Shown here: in pieces, positions 54,468-63,394 of the stretch
Layout of the letters: the number at the start of each line of letters is the position of its first letter
How positions within the stretch are numbered: position 1 is the stretch's first letter
Assembly: GCA_026995045.1 (NCBI GenBank)
Contig: JALWPK010000050.1
Location: 11,805 to 75,804 of the forward strand
Direction of reading: 5' to 3'
Origin: Gammaproteobacteria bacterium
Lineage (GTDB): Bacteria > Pseudomonadota > Gammaproteobacteria > SZUA-229
DNA length: 64,000 nucleotides
Made by a program: the position numbers and the translations under genes
Notes under the pieces: model-generated
The model's input: only the letters and a program-made list of their open reading frames with translations
Told to the model about the DNA's origin: nothing
Database searches by the model: none

Positions 54468-56798
54468 CTAGCCTCTATCCGTACGCCGGCGCGCAACACC
54501 CACCAGTCCGAGCAAACCGGAACCAAACAACCAGACCGCTGGAGGCACAGGAACAGCTGCCGGAGCTTCAACAACGCTCAAGCGTACAATGTCAGTCAGG
54601 GCCGGATCGAGGATATAACTGACATCCCATGCCAAGCCCGCAGCCAATGGGGACAGTGTATTTAATCCGCTAAACTGACCAAGGATGGTGTCAGCGGTTA
54701 AGATATCAAAAGTGTCACCAAGAACAGGGACGGGAGTAAAGAAAGGTCCACTACCAAATCCTGTTGTCACCAGACTGATATCCAGCAACCCATCCAGTGT
54801 CGCTGTACCACTTACATTCAGCACATCGGATACCAGAGCAACATCCCCGGCAAGCACATTGGCGAAGTCAATATCAACATCGAAAATCGAGCTTGCATCC
54901 TGACTGTAATCACCAACGACGTTTAGGTTACCGACCTGGATAGCCGGATTGATAAAGCTGGATATTTCATTTTCCAGTCCACCCGCACTCATCGTACCGC
55001 CACGGATCTGAACACTACTGGTCAGCATGCCTGAACCCCGCAGCACACCCCCGCTCTGGATATCCACAAGACTGGCATTCAGTGTTGGTACACCTACTGC
55101 AATCGGGACGCCTTTATTAACGTCAATACTGGCTCGGCCACCAACCAGAAGTTGTCCACCCGCACCCACTGCCACGCCATTGGCGACAGCAGTCGCACTG
55201 CCAACGACAACCGTACCACCGGTATTAATATCCATCGTTCCCTTGCTTAGTTGCAACAGCCTATCCGACGACAATGAAGCACCATCGTGTACGGTGACGG
55301 TAATATTATCGCTGATTGACGTGCTGCCTATGCCACCCATACTGATGCGATTGCTGGCGTGTACGCTTGAACCGATGCCACCGACATCCACCGTGACCAC
55401 TCTTTTTGCTCTGTCGGCCGAGATGCTGACATCAAAGTCCACCGCATTCACCGCGCCACCATTGGATACCGTCAGAGAACCATCCTCGCCACCGGAGACA
55501 GACCCCCCGCTGATGATGATTCGACCCAGGCTAGTGGAATTACTGGTGCTGTTCCAGGTAGATCCCACCCCGTCAATCACCACTGCGCCCGGGTTTTCAA
55601 AGGCAATACTGCTTGTGCCTGTTGAGTTCCAGGTGCCACCGTTAATAACATTGATAACGCCTGTTCCGGCGGAACCCGCAATAACGCCGCTGGAATTCCA
55701 GGTGGAACCCACACCATCTACAACAACCTTACCAAAGCCTCCGTTGATACCGATGCGGTCAGTACCAGTGAAACCGTTACCCACATTACCTGCGGTCTGC
55801 GAGGTATCCAGCAATGCGCCGCCGGAGATGGTAACCAACGCAGGATCAAGTAATGTGCTGGTATTACCGAACCCGGTTCCAACACCGCCTACATTCATAA
55901 AATCGGTGATGGTGACGGTTGTCCCCGCACCATCAATCAACACATGTCCATTGCCCTGACTGAGGAGAGACTCGGCAGTAAAACTTGCACCATTAATAAT
56001 GCTGCTGCTACCAAAGTTAGTCAGACCATTGCGAAACGCAGTGCCTCGATTAGCACCAGTGAAAGTCGTGCCAACACCATCAACTATGAAGGAGCTGTTC
56101 GACTGCACACTCACTGTACCGTTCAGAGTTGCCCCATTATTCACGGTTACCGCTCCCGTGCCCTGTGCAATTCCTGCCGGTGTCGTACTGGCATTGGAAC
56201 CAATCAGCATAATCGTGTCCAGGGTAGTGTTGGCGCCCGTGACCGCGACACTGCCTGTACTACCGGCTAAACCGACGGCAAAAAATGCAGAGGGTGTATT
56301 GCCTGGAGCAGCGGGAAACGAACCACCCGGTAACAGCGTTCTATGTGTAAAGAAACCGTTGCTGATCGACAAGCTGGCGTTGTCACCCGGTAAACGCCCG
56401 ACAACTACCGGATTTGCATCAGTAAACGTTTGCACCGGTCCCGGGTTAGCGTTCAGATTGTAGATAAATCCGCCCAGATTAAAATTGACATTATCGTTGC
56501 CAATAATCAGACGCCCACCTTCAAAGTAATCACCGGTTAACGTGACACTGGCGCCCGCACTACCCAGATTAAACACCGATGTGTTATCTAAACCCGGGGG
56601 TGGCGCCACGCCGCCAGCCCAGTTGGCCGGGTCGGTAAGTACACCACCAACCGGGTTGTTCCAGTTGAATTCAGCCGCTTGCGCATTTCCAATCGCAAGC
56701 GATAACCCCAATATCAAACAGACATATGTATTGCCATGCGATCGAGACCACATATGATCGGCTATTTTTTCTAATTTACACAGTAATTGCAGGTTCAT
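54468..56798 (-). CDS. large secreted beta-helix-like repeat protein with VPxPA/PEP-CTERM-type sorting tail
   Basis: 776-aa ORF; the likely start is the internal ATG at 56753 (MWSRSHGNTYVCLILGLSLAIGNAQA). It has the same architecture as 49595..51604: NWNNPVGG...NWAGGVAPPP, Gly/Thr/Asn repeats, GDTFDILTADTILGQF and GLAWDVSY. The tail is VPVPPAVWLFGSGLLGLVGVARRRTDRG. Confidence 0.8.
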   Translation of the reverse strand: MNLQLLCKLEKIADHMWSRSHGNTYVCLILGLSLAIGNAQAAEFNWNNPVGGVLTDPANWAGGVAPPPGLDNTSVFNLGSAGASVTLTGDYFEGGRLIIGNDNVNFNLGGFIYNLNANPGPVQTFTDANPVVVGRLPGDNASLSISNGFFTHRTLLPGGSFPAAPGNTPSAFFAVGLAGSTGSVAVTGANTTLDTIMLIGSNASTTPAGIAQGTGAVTVNNGATLNGTVSVQSNSSFIVDGVGTTFTGANRGTAFRNGLTNFGSSSIINGASFTAESLLSQGNGHVLIDGAGTTVTITDFMNVGGVGTGFGNTSTLLDPALVTISGGALLDTSQTAGNVGNGFTGTDRIGINGGFGKVVVDGVGSTWNSSGVIAGSAGTGVINVINGGTWNSTGTSSIAFENPGAVVIDGVGSTWNSTSNSTSLGRIIISGGSVSGGEDGSLTVSNGGAVNAVDFDVSISADRAKRVVTVDVGGIGSSVHASNRISMGGIGSTSISDNITVTVHDGASLSSDRLLQLSKGTMDINTGGTVVVGSATAVANGVAVGAGGQLLVGGRASIDVNKGVPIAVGVPTLNASLVDIQSGGVLRGSGMLTSSVQIRGGTMSAGGLENEISSFINPAIQVGNLNVVGDYSQDASSIFDVDIDFANVLAGDVALVSDVLNVSGTATLDGLLDISLVTTGFGSGPFFTPVPVLGDTFDILTADTILGQFSGLNTLSPLAAGLAWDVSYILDPALTDIVRLSVVEAPAAVPVPPAVWLFGSGLLGLVGVARRRTDRG

Positions 56799-56852
56799 TT
56801 TGGAATACTCCTGGCCTTGCTTGGTTGCATTTTATTGATAGATCAAACCCAT

Positions 56853-56960
56853 AAAAAGGGATTTTTTTCCCATTTACGACACATCCTATTGCTTTCCACG
56901 AAAAATATCAACACAAAGTTCCAATAATGTTGAATTTTTTAGATCCACTTTCTGAGTGAG
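56853..56960 (-). promoter_or_regulatory. conserved upstream block, paralogous to 51673-51777
   Basis: See 51673-51777. It contains GGGA ttttttt TCCC (56858-56871). Confidence 0.45.
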
Positions 56961-57257
56961 TATTTACCTTGCGAAAACGCTAGATTAATTCTAGGTTTTT
57001 GAGTCCCCTAGAGCTGCAGCCGTTGTTATAATATGATAAGATACTGATAATTATAATTTTTCACTTAAACGCTAGTACAATGCCTCTACAGAATAGCTTT
57101 ATAGAACCTTAATATTTATGGTTGCAATAAATTCTCACATCAGCTTGGCGCTACAAGCCTCTGGTCTTTCCTCCGTTATGGAGCGGCCTAGTACTAACTA
57201 TCTGCACACAGCGTATTGGCATTCGTTACAATTTGGGAATGGCAACCCACTTGTCTT

Positions 57258-58073
57258 ATGAGCAGTAATTCACACAGCTTGCTGAACGTTACCGCCGCAA
57301 AAATATTGCGGCCCCTCATCCGTATATTGATTCGTAATGGCATTGCTTGCGGCAACTTGGAGAATATCGTGCGCAAGGTCTACGTTGATGAAGCTTTTGC
57401 CATGGCCAGGAAAGCAGGCGGCAAAGCCACCGTTACCAGTATCTCTGCACAAACCGGCCTATCGCGTAAAGAAGTGAAACGCCTGAAAGAGCTTGAAGCT
57501 GACACTGCTTCAACAAATAACCAGAAATACAACCGCGCTGTACGTGTAATCAGTGGCTGGTTAAATGACAGAAATTACTCAAACAGGGACGGCCAGGCGT
57601 TGCCGCTGCCATTAACCAGCGAAACCGAAAAATCCTTTACTCATCTGGTAAAAGACTACAGCGGTGACATCACCCCCAAATCGATGCTTGATCTACTCAG
57701 CAATTCTGGCTGTGTACAAGTTATCGGCCAAACGGTTCAACTGGTGAAACACGCTTATGTACCGGGTAATGATTCTGAGGAAATCCTCAAAATACTGGGT
57801 ATTGACGCAGCGGAACTGATTTCCACTATTGACCACAATCTAACTTGTGGCAGTGACGAAAATTATTTCCAGCGAAAAGTATCTACATCCACCCTGAAAA
57901 AGTCTGAAGTTGGCAAGTTTGAGGAATATTCCCGCCAACGCGCACAAGCCCTGCTTGAAGAACTTGACAGCTGGCTAGATAAGCATTCCAGCACCGATGA
58001 AAATGATGATACGCAATATGTAAGTCTGGGGATTTATTATTACCAACCCGAGATGGAGTCCGAAGAAAGATGA
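57258..58073 (+). CDS. hypothetical cytoplasmic protein (possible regulator; DUF6502-like, from memory)
   Basis: ORF trimmed to the ATG at 57258 (MSSNSHSLLNVTAAKILRPLIRILIRNGIA). It has an acidic C-terminus and overlaps the next gene in an ATGA (58070-58073). Confidence 0.55.
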   Translation: MSSNSHSLLNVTAAKILRPLIRILIRNGIACGNLENIVRKVYVDEAFAMARKAGGKATVTSISAQTGLSRKEVKRLKELEADTASTNNQKYNRAVRVISGWLNDRNYSNRDGQALPLPLTSETEKSFTHLVKDYSGDITPKSMLDLLSNSGCVQVIGQTVQLVKHAYVPGNDSEEILKILGIDAAELISTIDHNLTCGSDENYFQRKVSTSTLKKSEVGKFEEYSRQRAQALLEELDSWLDKHSSTDENDDTQYVSLGIYYYQPEMESEER

Positions 58074-59617
58074 TTGCTACCACAAGAAATTATTTATATC
58101 GTTCTGTAGTCACACTGGTTACAGCTGTTTTTGTTGCCGCATGCGGTGGTAGCAGCGGTTTGGGACTCGCCGGCATTGGCGGAAGCGGATTTGTCGCATC
58201 TGGCAGCATATCTGGATTTGGCAGCGTCATTGTCAATGGCGTGAAGTTCGATACCAGTAGTGCAACATTTGATATTGATGGCGCACCAGGCACACAAAAT
58301 GACCTTTCAATAGGAATGCGTGTCTTCGTTGATGGCGTCATCAACAATGATGGCGCCAGTGGTACCGCAACCCACATACGCTACAGCATGGATCTGCAGG
58401 GGCCGGTTACCATGCTCAGCAATATCGACCCTCTCATTAATAACGGTGAGACACGAACATTCAAGGCTCTTGGTGTAACGGTCGAAGTCAATTTGATAAG
58501 TACTCATTTTGAGATATCCAACGCCATGAATATCCCTGCCGGAACCACTTTTGATTTCTACGGGACAGCTGAGGGATTAAAAAACAACAACCATGTTGTA
58601 GTTAATGGCTTTTTCGATGAGCAAGGTGTATTACATGCAGATCGCATTGAGCTGAGGCGCATAATTTTCGATGCGCCAACCAGCACCATTTCTATTAAAG
58701 GAAGAATAAGCGCGTTAAACAATACCATATTTAATCTAAATATAATTAATAACACCAGCATCAAGGTTGACGCCACGGCATCCCCTGTAATCGAAGGTCT
58801 GACTAATGGCCTGGAAAATGGCGCCTTCGTCGAAGTAAAAGGCGTTTTCGATCCAGTGACCAATACAATTACCGCCAGCAAAATCAAAGCTGAAAACAAT
58901 GTCCTAAACAACAACAGCAAGGCCAGCATCGAAGGCATCGTTTCTGGATTTAACGGGCTTGCAAAAAACTTTATGGTAGATGGTTTTACTGTTGATGCCT
59001 CAGGCGCTGGCGCCAACCTGCTACCGGCCAACATCACCCTGCGGAACGGGTTACGCGTTGAAGTTGAAGGCCCTGTAATAAATGGCGTTCTACAAGCAAC
59101 TACTGTGAGGATGCGTGCTGGCGAAGCGAAAGTACATGCCAGCGTCCTAAACTCGCCGTTAGCGGGTAACGACAGCTTTACTGTCGAGCCGGTGAGTGGT
59201 CAGGCTATCACCATTACCACTACACAATCCACCGAGTACAACAATGTACCCGGCAAGGTGCTCACTGCTGGCGATTTCCTCAGAATACGCGGATTTGAAA
59301 ATGCTGCCGGCGGCGTTACAGCTACCAGAATCACTAAAAGAACCACTAACGAAGACGTTATTGTGGAAGGTGCCGTCACTGCTGGAAATGCAAACAGCAC
59401 AAACATAACAGTGCTAGGCATCACCATGAACATCGACGCCAACACAACCCAATTCAAGGACATCAATAATGGCATTCTTACACAACAACAGTTTTTTGAT
59501 GCCGGTCACGCCTTGACGGGCATCAGCCGGGTTAAATTACGCGACCGCATAAATAACAGTGGTGGCGCTTCAACGCCACCAGATGGCATCGCAGATGATA
59601 TCGAACTGGAAAATTAA
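58070..59617 (+). CDS. lipoprotein with repeated DUF5666-like beta domains
   Basis: Lipobox VAACGG. The pattern G.ISGFGSVIVNGVKFDTSSATFDIDG...LSIGMRVFVDG recurs several times (e.g. IEGIVSGF...FMVDGFTVDAS...LRNGLRVEVEG). Confidence 0.65.
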   Translation: MIATTRNYLYRSVVTLVTAVFVAACGGSSGLGLAGIGGSGFVASGSISGFGSVIVNGVKFDTSSATFDIDGAPGTQNDLSIGMRVFVDGVINNDGASGTATHIRYSMDLQGPVTMLSNIDPLINNGETRTFKALGVTVEVNLISTHFEISNAMNIPAGTTFDFYGTAEGLKNNNHVVVNGFFDEQGVLHADRIELRRIIFDAPTSTISIKGRISALNNTIFNLNIINNTSIKVDATASPVIEGLTNGLENGAFVEVKGVFDPVTNTITASKIKAENNVLNNNSKASIEGIVSGFNGLAKNFMVDGFTVDASGAGANLLPANITLRNGLRVEVEGPVINGVLQATTVRMRAGEAKVHASVLNSPLAGNDSFTVEPVSGQAITITTTQSTEYNNVPGKVLTAGDFLRIRGFENAAGGVTATRITKRTTNEDVIVEGAVTAGNANSTNITVLGITMNIDANTTQFKDINNGILTQQQFFDAGHALTGISRVKLRDRINNSGGASTPPDGIADDIELEN

Positions 59618-59619
59618 GT

Positions 59620-59649
59620 AAACTCTGATTTATTCAGAGTTTCCTTAAC
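59620..59649. repeat. palindromic repeat unit (short copy of the 63395 element core)
   Basis: AAACTCTGA tttat TCAGAGTTT, followed by CCTTAAC. It starts 3 nt after the stop of 58070..59617. The 24-nt core AAACTCTGATTTATTCAGAGTTTC is identical to 63401-63424. Confidence 0.55.
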
Positions 59650-59743
59650 TTGGCAACCAACAGCTGACCAAGCAATAAAGAAAGGCCGTTCTGACTGCGT
59701 GAACGACCGAAGCGGCATATTTAGTTGCCGGATGCAATACAAG

Positions 59744-61777
59744 CTACTTATTTTTATAAACCCGTTGCAGCTGTATACGTTCATATTGCGCGCGCCATTG
59801 GTTAAACTCATCAAAAGGAAGGGCTTTGCTGTAATAGTAACCCTGCCCAATATCACAACCAAGTTTATTCAGGATGGCGCTCACGACAGAATTCTCAATA
59901 CCTTCTGCTGTAACCTGCAAACCCAAATCATGCGCCATACGGATAATCGCTTTTACTATCTGATAATCGTCCCTATTTTTTCGCATATCCAAAACGAAAC
60001 TTTTATCAATTTTTATCTCATTGACCGGCAAGTGCCTGAGATAAACAAGCGAACTGTAACCCGTACCGAAATCATCAATGATTGCTCGCACCCCCATACT
60101 TTTCAAGCGAAGCAGGATATCTCGGGCAACTTCCGGTTCCTGAATAATGGCATTTTCCGTTATTTCAAGACTAAAATATTTCGCGGGCAGATTTACTGCA
60201 TCCAGACACTGCTTAACATGCTCCGGCAAAGCCTCTTCATGCAAATTGAGCGGGGAAAGATTCAAAGATATTTCAGCTGGCTGACCCTCGCTATACCACA
60301 AAGCCGCGTCCCTGGCTGCTATCTCAATCAATTTGACAGTCAGATCAGTAATATTGCCGTTGATCTCCGCTAACGGGATGAATTTATCAGGAGAAAGCAA
60401 GCCTCGTTCAGGGTGTTGCCAACGCACAAGCGCTTCAACGCCTTTCAACGAACCATCCTGCAGATTTATTTTTGGCTGGTAGTGCAATACAAACTGCTGG
60501 TTTCTAACCGCCTCACGCAGATCATTATTGAGCGTGAGTTTCTCCATCGCCCGCACACCATAATCCTGGTGATAGGTAGCGTAATGACACTGGTTTTTTT
60601 TAGCTACATACATGGCTATATCAGCCTGACGCAGTAGTTCTTCTGTATTTTCAGCCAACCGGGGGAAATAACTTATTCCAACGCTGGCGCCGATGCGCAG
60701 TGACCTTTCGCCTACATGAAAAGCACGTCGCATTTCCTCGACCATAACTTCTGCAACCACATCGACGTTATTTATTGCACCATGCAGCAAAACCGCAAAC
60801 TCATCACCCCCTAAGCGTGCTACCGTATCGCCTTTGCGAATAACTTTTCGCAACCTTGTCGCAGCTTTACGCAATACCTCATCACCCACATGGTGCCCTA
60901 ATGTATCATTTACCTCCTTAAATCGATCCAGATCCATCAGTAATAGCGCAAATGGCTCAACCTGTCTGCCACTCGTTAACATTGCCTGCCGCATTCGATC
61001 TTCAAGCAGCAGACGATTTGGCAACCCTGTCAGCGCATCATGCATAGCCTGGTGCCTCATTTTTGTTGCGTGCATTACCAACTCATTTCTCATCAAGTCG
61101 AGATCTACAGCCAGATCACGTATATCAGTCACGGGTGATTTCACATCCAGGTCAGCCGTCGCATAGCCGTTCCTGATACTCCGCGACGCGCGCCGCAGTT
61201 TTTTAAGTGGCAATGTCATACGTCGTCCCAGATAAAATACCATCACCAAATTTACAATAATGTATGCCAATATGATTAGACATAGATGAAATAAAATCCT
61301 ATTGAGTTGCTGTGTCAACGGAGCCTCATCAAAACCAATACGCAGTTCAGCAATAACTTCTCCATCATTCATGTAGACAGGTACTGAAATAAAATATATT
61401 TCATCACCATGCATCCCAAATTCAAAATCTTCCACAAACTCTATATCTTCACTTATATCAAAAAGACTCTTCACAACCACGCCATCAGCCAATACGATTT
61501 CAGCAAACATAATGTTTCCACTAAGGATGATCTCGTCCATCAGACTAGTCGTTGCATCGCGATTGACGCCAGGATTGAAGGGGGCAATCGTCGACGCAAC
61601 AAGCCCCGCCGAAAAACGCGCATCACTGATAAATTGATCTTTCAATGTATTACTGACGTAATACAGCAAACCACCTAGCAACAGCGGAACCAATACCACA
61701 TGTATCACGACTACGCCCGTCATCAGCCTGCCTGAAAGACTTGTGACTTTGCGCTTAACTGTACGGATATCTACCAT
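59744..61777 (-). CDS. membrane-anchored GGDEF-EAL protein with periplasmic sensor region and HAMP-like linker
   Basis: 677 aa with two TM segments flanking a ~140-aa periplasmic segment. It has RKGD-x5-GGDEF (I-site plus active site), EALVRW, DDFGTGYSSL and EGIEN. Confidence 0.9.
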   Translation of the reverse strand: MVDIRTVKRKVTSLSGRLMTGVVVIHVVLVPLLLGGLLYYVSNTLKDQFISDARFSAGLVASTIAPFNPGVNRDATTSLMDEIILSGNIMFAEIVLADGVVVKSLFDISEDIEFVEDFEFGMHGDEIYFISVPVYMNDGEVIAELRIGFDEAPLTQQLNRILFHLCLIILAYIIVNLVMVFYLGRRMTLPLKKLRRASRSIRNGYATADLDVKSPVTDIRDLAVDLDLMRNELVMHATKMRHQAMHDALTGLPNRLLLEDRMRQAMLTSGRQVEPFALLLMDLDRFKEVNDTLGHHVGDEVLRKAATRLRKVIRKGDTVARLGGDEFAVLLHGAINNVDVVAEVMVEEMRRAFHVGERSLRIGASVGISYFPRLAENTEELLRQADIAMYVAKKNQCHYATYHQDYGVRAMEKLTLNNDLREAVRNQQFVLHYQPKINLQDGSLKGVEALVRWQHPERGLLSPDKFIPLAEINGNITDLTVKLIEIAARDAALWYSEGQPAEISLNLSPLNLHEEALPEHVKQCLDAVNLPAKYFSLEITENAIIQEPEVARDILLRLKSMGVRAIIDDFGTGYSSLVYLRHLPVNEIKIDKSFVLDMRKNRDDYQIVKAIIRMAHDLGLQVTAEGIENSVVSAILNKLGCDIGQGYYYSKALPFDEFNQWRAQYERIQLQRVYKNK

Positions 61778-62205
61778 AAGCGCTGCACGACCTGTATATC
61801 ATCCCGATCAGCAACTGCTGTTGAAGCAACGAAGGTAACGTAACCAGGCTTGGCTTTCAGCTTCTGAAATAACACATGACGAGTTTCACATTGCTCAGGC
61901 CGTACACCACCATGCCTGAATACACGCGCCACCAATTTTCGTTCATAATTAGTCTTAGACATAAACATAATCTTCTGCAAAAAACCAAGATACATGCCTT
62001 CTTCTGTTTTATTGATAAGTGGCTTGATGATTTTTCCATCTTTTTTAACCGGGTATCCAAGAAACAGCAATTGTAATTCTTTGCGGCTAAACATGGTTAA
62101 CGGCTTTTCTGACGCACTAATAAGCACAACGCGCTCTGACTCTTGCGCACACAACGTTAAGGTCGGCGCAAACAAAATAATTAACAGAAAACTGACATAT
62201 TTCAT
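61771..62205 (-). CDS. small periplasmic protein, phosphate-binding-protein-like (PBP-like) fold suspected
   Basis: ORF trimmed to MKYVSFLLIILFAPTLTLCA (signal peptide). The segments LQLLFLGYPVKKDGKIIKPL and GGVRPEQCETRHVLFQKLKAKPGYVTFV resemble short PstS-like domain proteins. Its ends overlap both neighbours. Confidence 0.55.
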   Translation of the reverse strand: MKYVSFLLIILFAPTLTLCAQESERVVLISASEKPLTMFSRKELQLLFLGYPVKKDGKIIKPLINKTEEGMYLGFLQKIMFMSKTNYERKLVARVFRHGGVRPEQCETRHVLFQKLKAKPGYVTFVASTAVADRDDIQVVQRLW

Positions 62206-63326
62206 GGCAACAACGCACTCCATTGCAGCAGCACCTGATACTCCGCACCTGATGATTTATGTCCCTGTTGAAACTCTATGTTTAGCGCCTGCTTATCCAC
62301 GCTTTCAAAACGCATCCCAACCAGCTCACGCTTGCCTATATGTTCTGGCGCTAATGCAAGAAAAGGGTCATTTGCATTAGCATAGGTATTTTCAAGCCGG
62401 GCATACGCTATCCATCTGCTGTTTATCATATATTCCAGCTGTATATAGCCACTGGAAAATCTGCCTTTATTATCCGCCACTACAGAAGAAATGAGATGAT
62501 TTTTTATAAAATAAATACTACTCAGTAGCTTACTTCTTCCCGACTCATACAGACCAAATAAACCTGCCTGAAACTGCTTTATTTCCTGACTGGTAATTCC
62601 ATCTCCCTCAATCAGGCTGTAGCCAGCAAACACGCCGAATTGATCGTTATCGACCACCTTGGGGAAATAGGTGAAGCGCATTGTGTAATTCTCATGAAAT
62701 GCCTGCTTTCCAGGCCTAAAGAATTCAACAGGCTCCATCTTGCCTTGTTGTATCGCCGGAGCTGCTCCAGCCGCCAGATTAATATTCAGGTAACCGCTAT
62801 CAAAATAGTGGTCTGTTTCATACAACACACCAAAAACATGCATCGGCAATATACCAGCACCATCTTCAAACGCTGCAATCGATGGGCGTGCAATACTTGT
62901 CTGCAGGTATGCACCGTGGTGATATTCAGTATTCCAGAACCCAAGGGGATTATGAAAACGACCAAACCATAGTTTGCTGTTCTCATCTAATGCATATCCG
63001 ATCTGTATGCGTTCAAATTCTTTTTCATCACGATTGATAAAATACTCGGCCAGAAACAATAACTTTTCTTCTTCGTATGAATAATAAAGATCAACACCGG
63101 CATTAACCTCTGCCCCATCCTTACCGGCTGGCGCGCCACTACCTGTAATATTCGATACTCTTATATTAGGGAATATAAAAAAATCACCCGGCAGAACGGT
63201 GACTGAAAACGCATTTCTCCCACAGCAAAGCAACAAAAAAATTGTTACGCCAAGGAATTGCGCGATAATTTTTTGTCTGGATGGATTAACTTGCAGCCGT
63301 AAGTACAGCGCGTGTATATCAATCAT
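62202..63326 (-). CDS. putative outer-membrane beta-barrel protein
   Basis: 374 aa with an N-terminal hydrophobic signal-like segment, alternating aromatic/polar beta-strand pattern and a C-terminal ...LLQWSALLP. No family recognised. Confidence 0.5.
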   Translation of the reverse strand: MIDIHALYLRLQVNPSRQKIIAQFLGVTIFLLLCCGRNAFSVTVLPGDFFIFPNIRVSNITGSGAPAGKDGAEVNAGVDLYYSYEEEKLLFLAEYFINRDEKEFERIQIGYALDENSKLWFGRFHNPLGFWNTEYHHGAYLQTSIARPSIAAFEDGAGILPMHVFGVLYETDHYFDSGYLNINLAAGAAPAIQQGKMEPVEFFRPGKQAFHENYTMRFTYFPKVVDNDQFGVFAGYSLIEGDGITSQEIKQFQAGLFGLYESGRSKLLSSIYFIKNHLISSVVADNKGRFSSGYIQLEYMINSRWIAYARLENTYANANDPFLALAPEHIGKRELVGMRFESVDKQALNIEFQQGHKSSGAEYQVLLQWSALLP

Positions 63327-63394
63327 ATGCTGTCAGGTATAGATAAATTCGCCAAATTTCTGTGTAATATCCAGTTTTCTGCTCTAGCTAATTG

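Noticed and set aside
47781-59617. Exosortase/archaeosortase, EpsI or PrsK/PrsR genes near the CTERM-tail genes.
   Set aside because: No multi-TM protein or sigma54 activator/histidine kinase is encoded in this stretch. All ORFs of useful length are accounted for.
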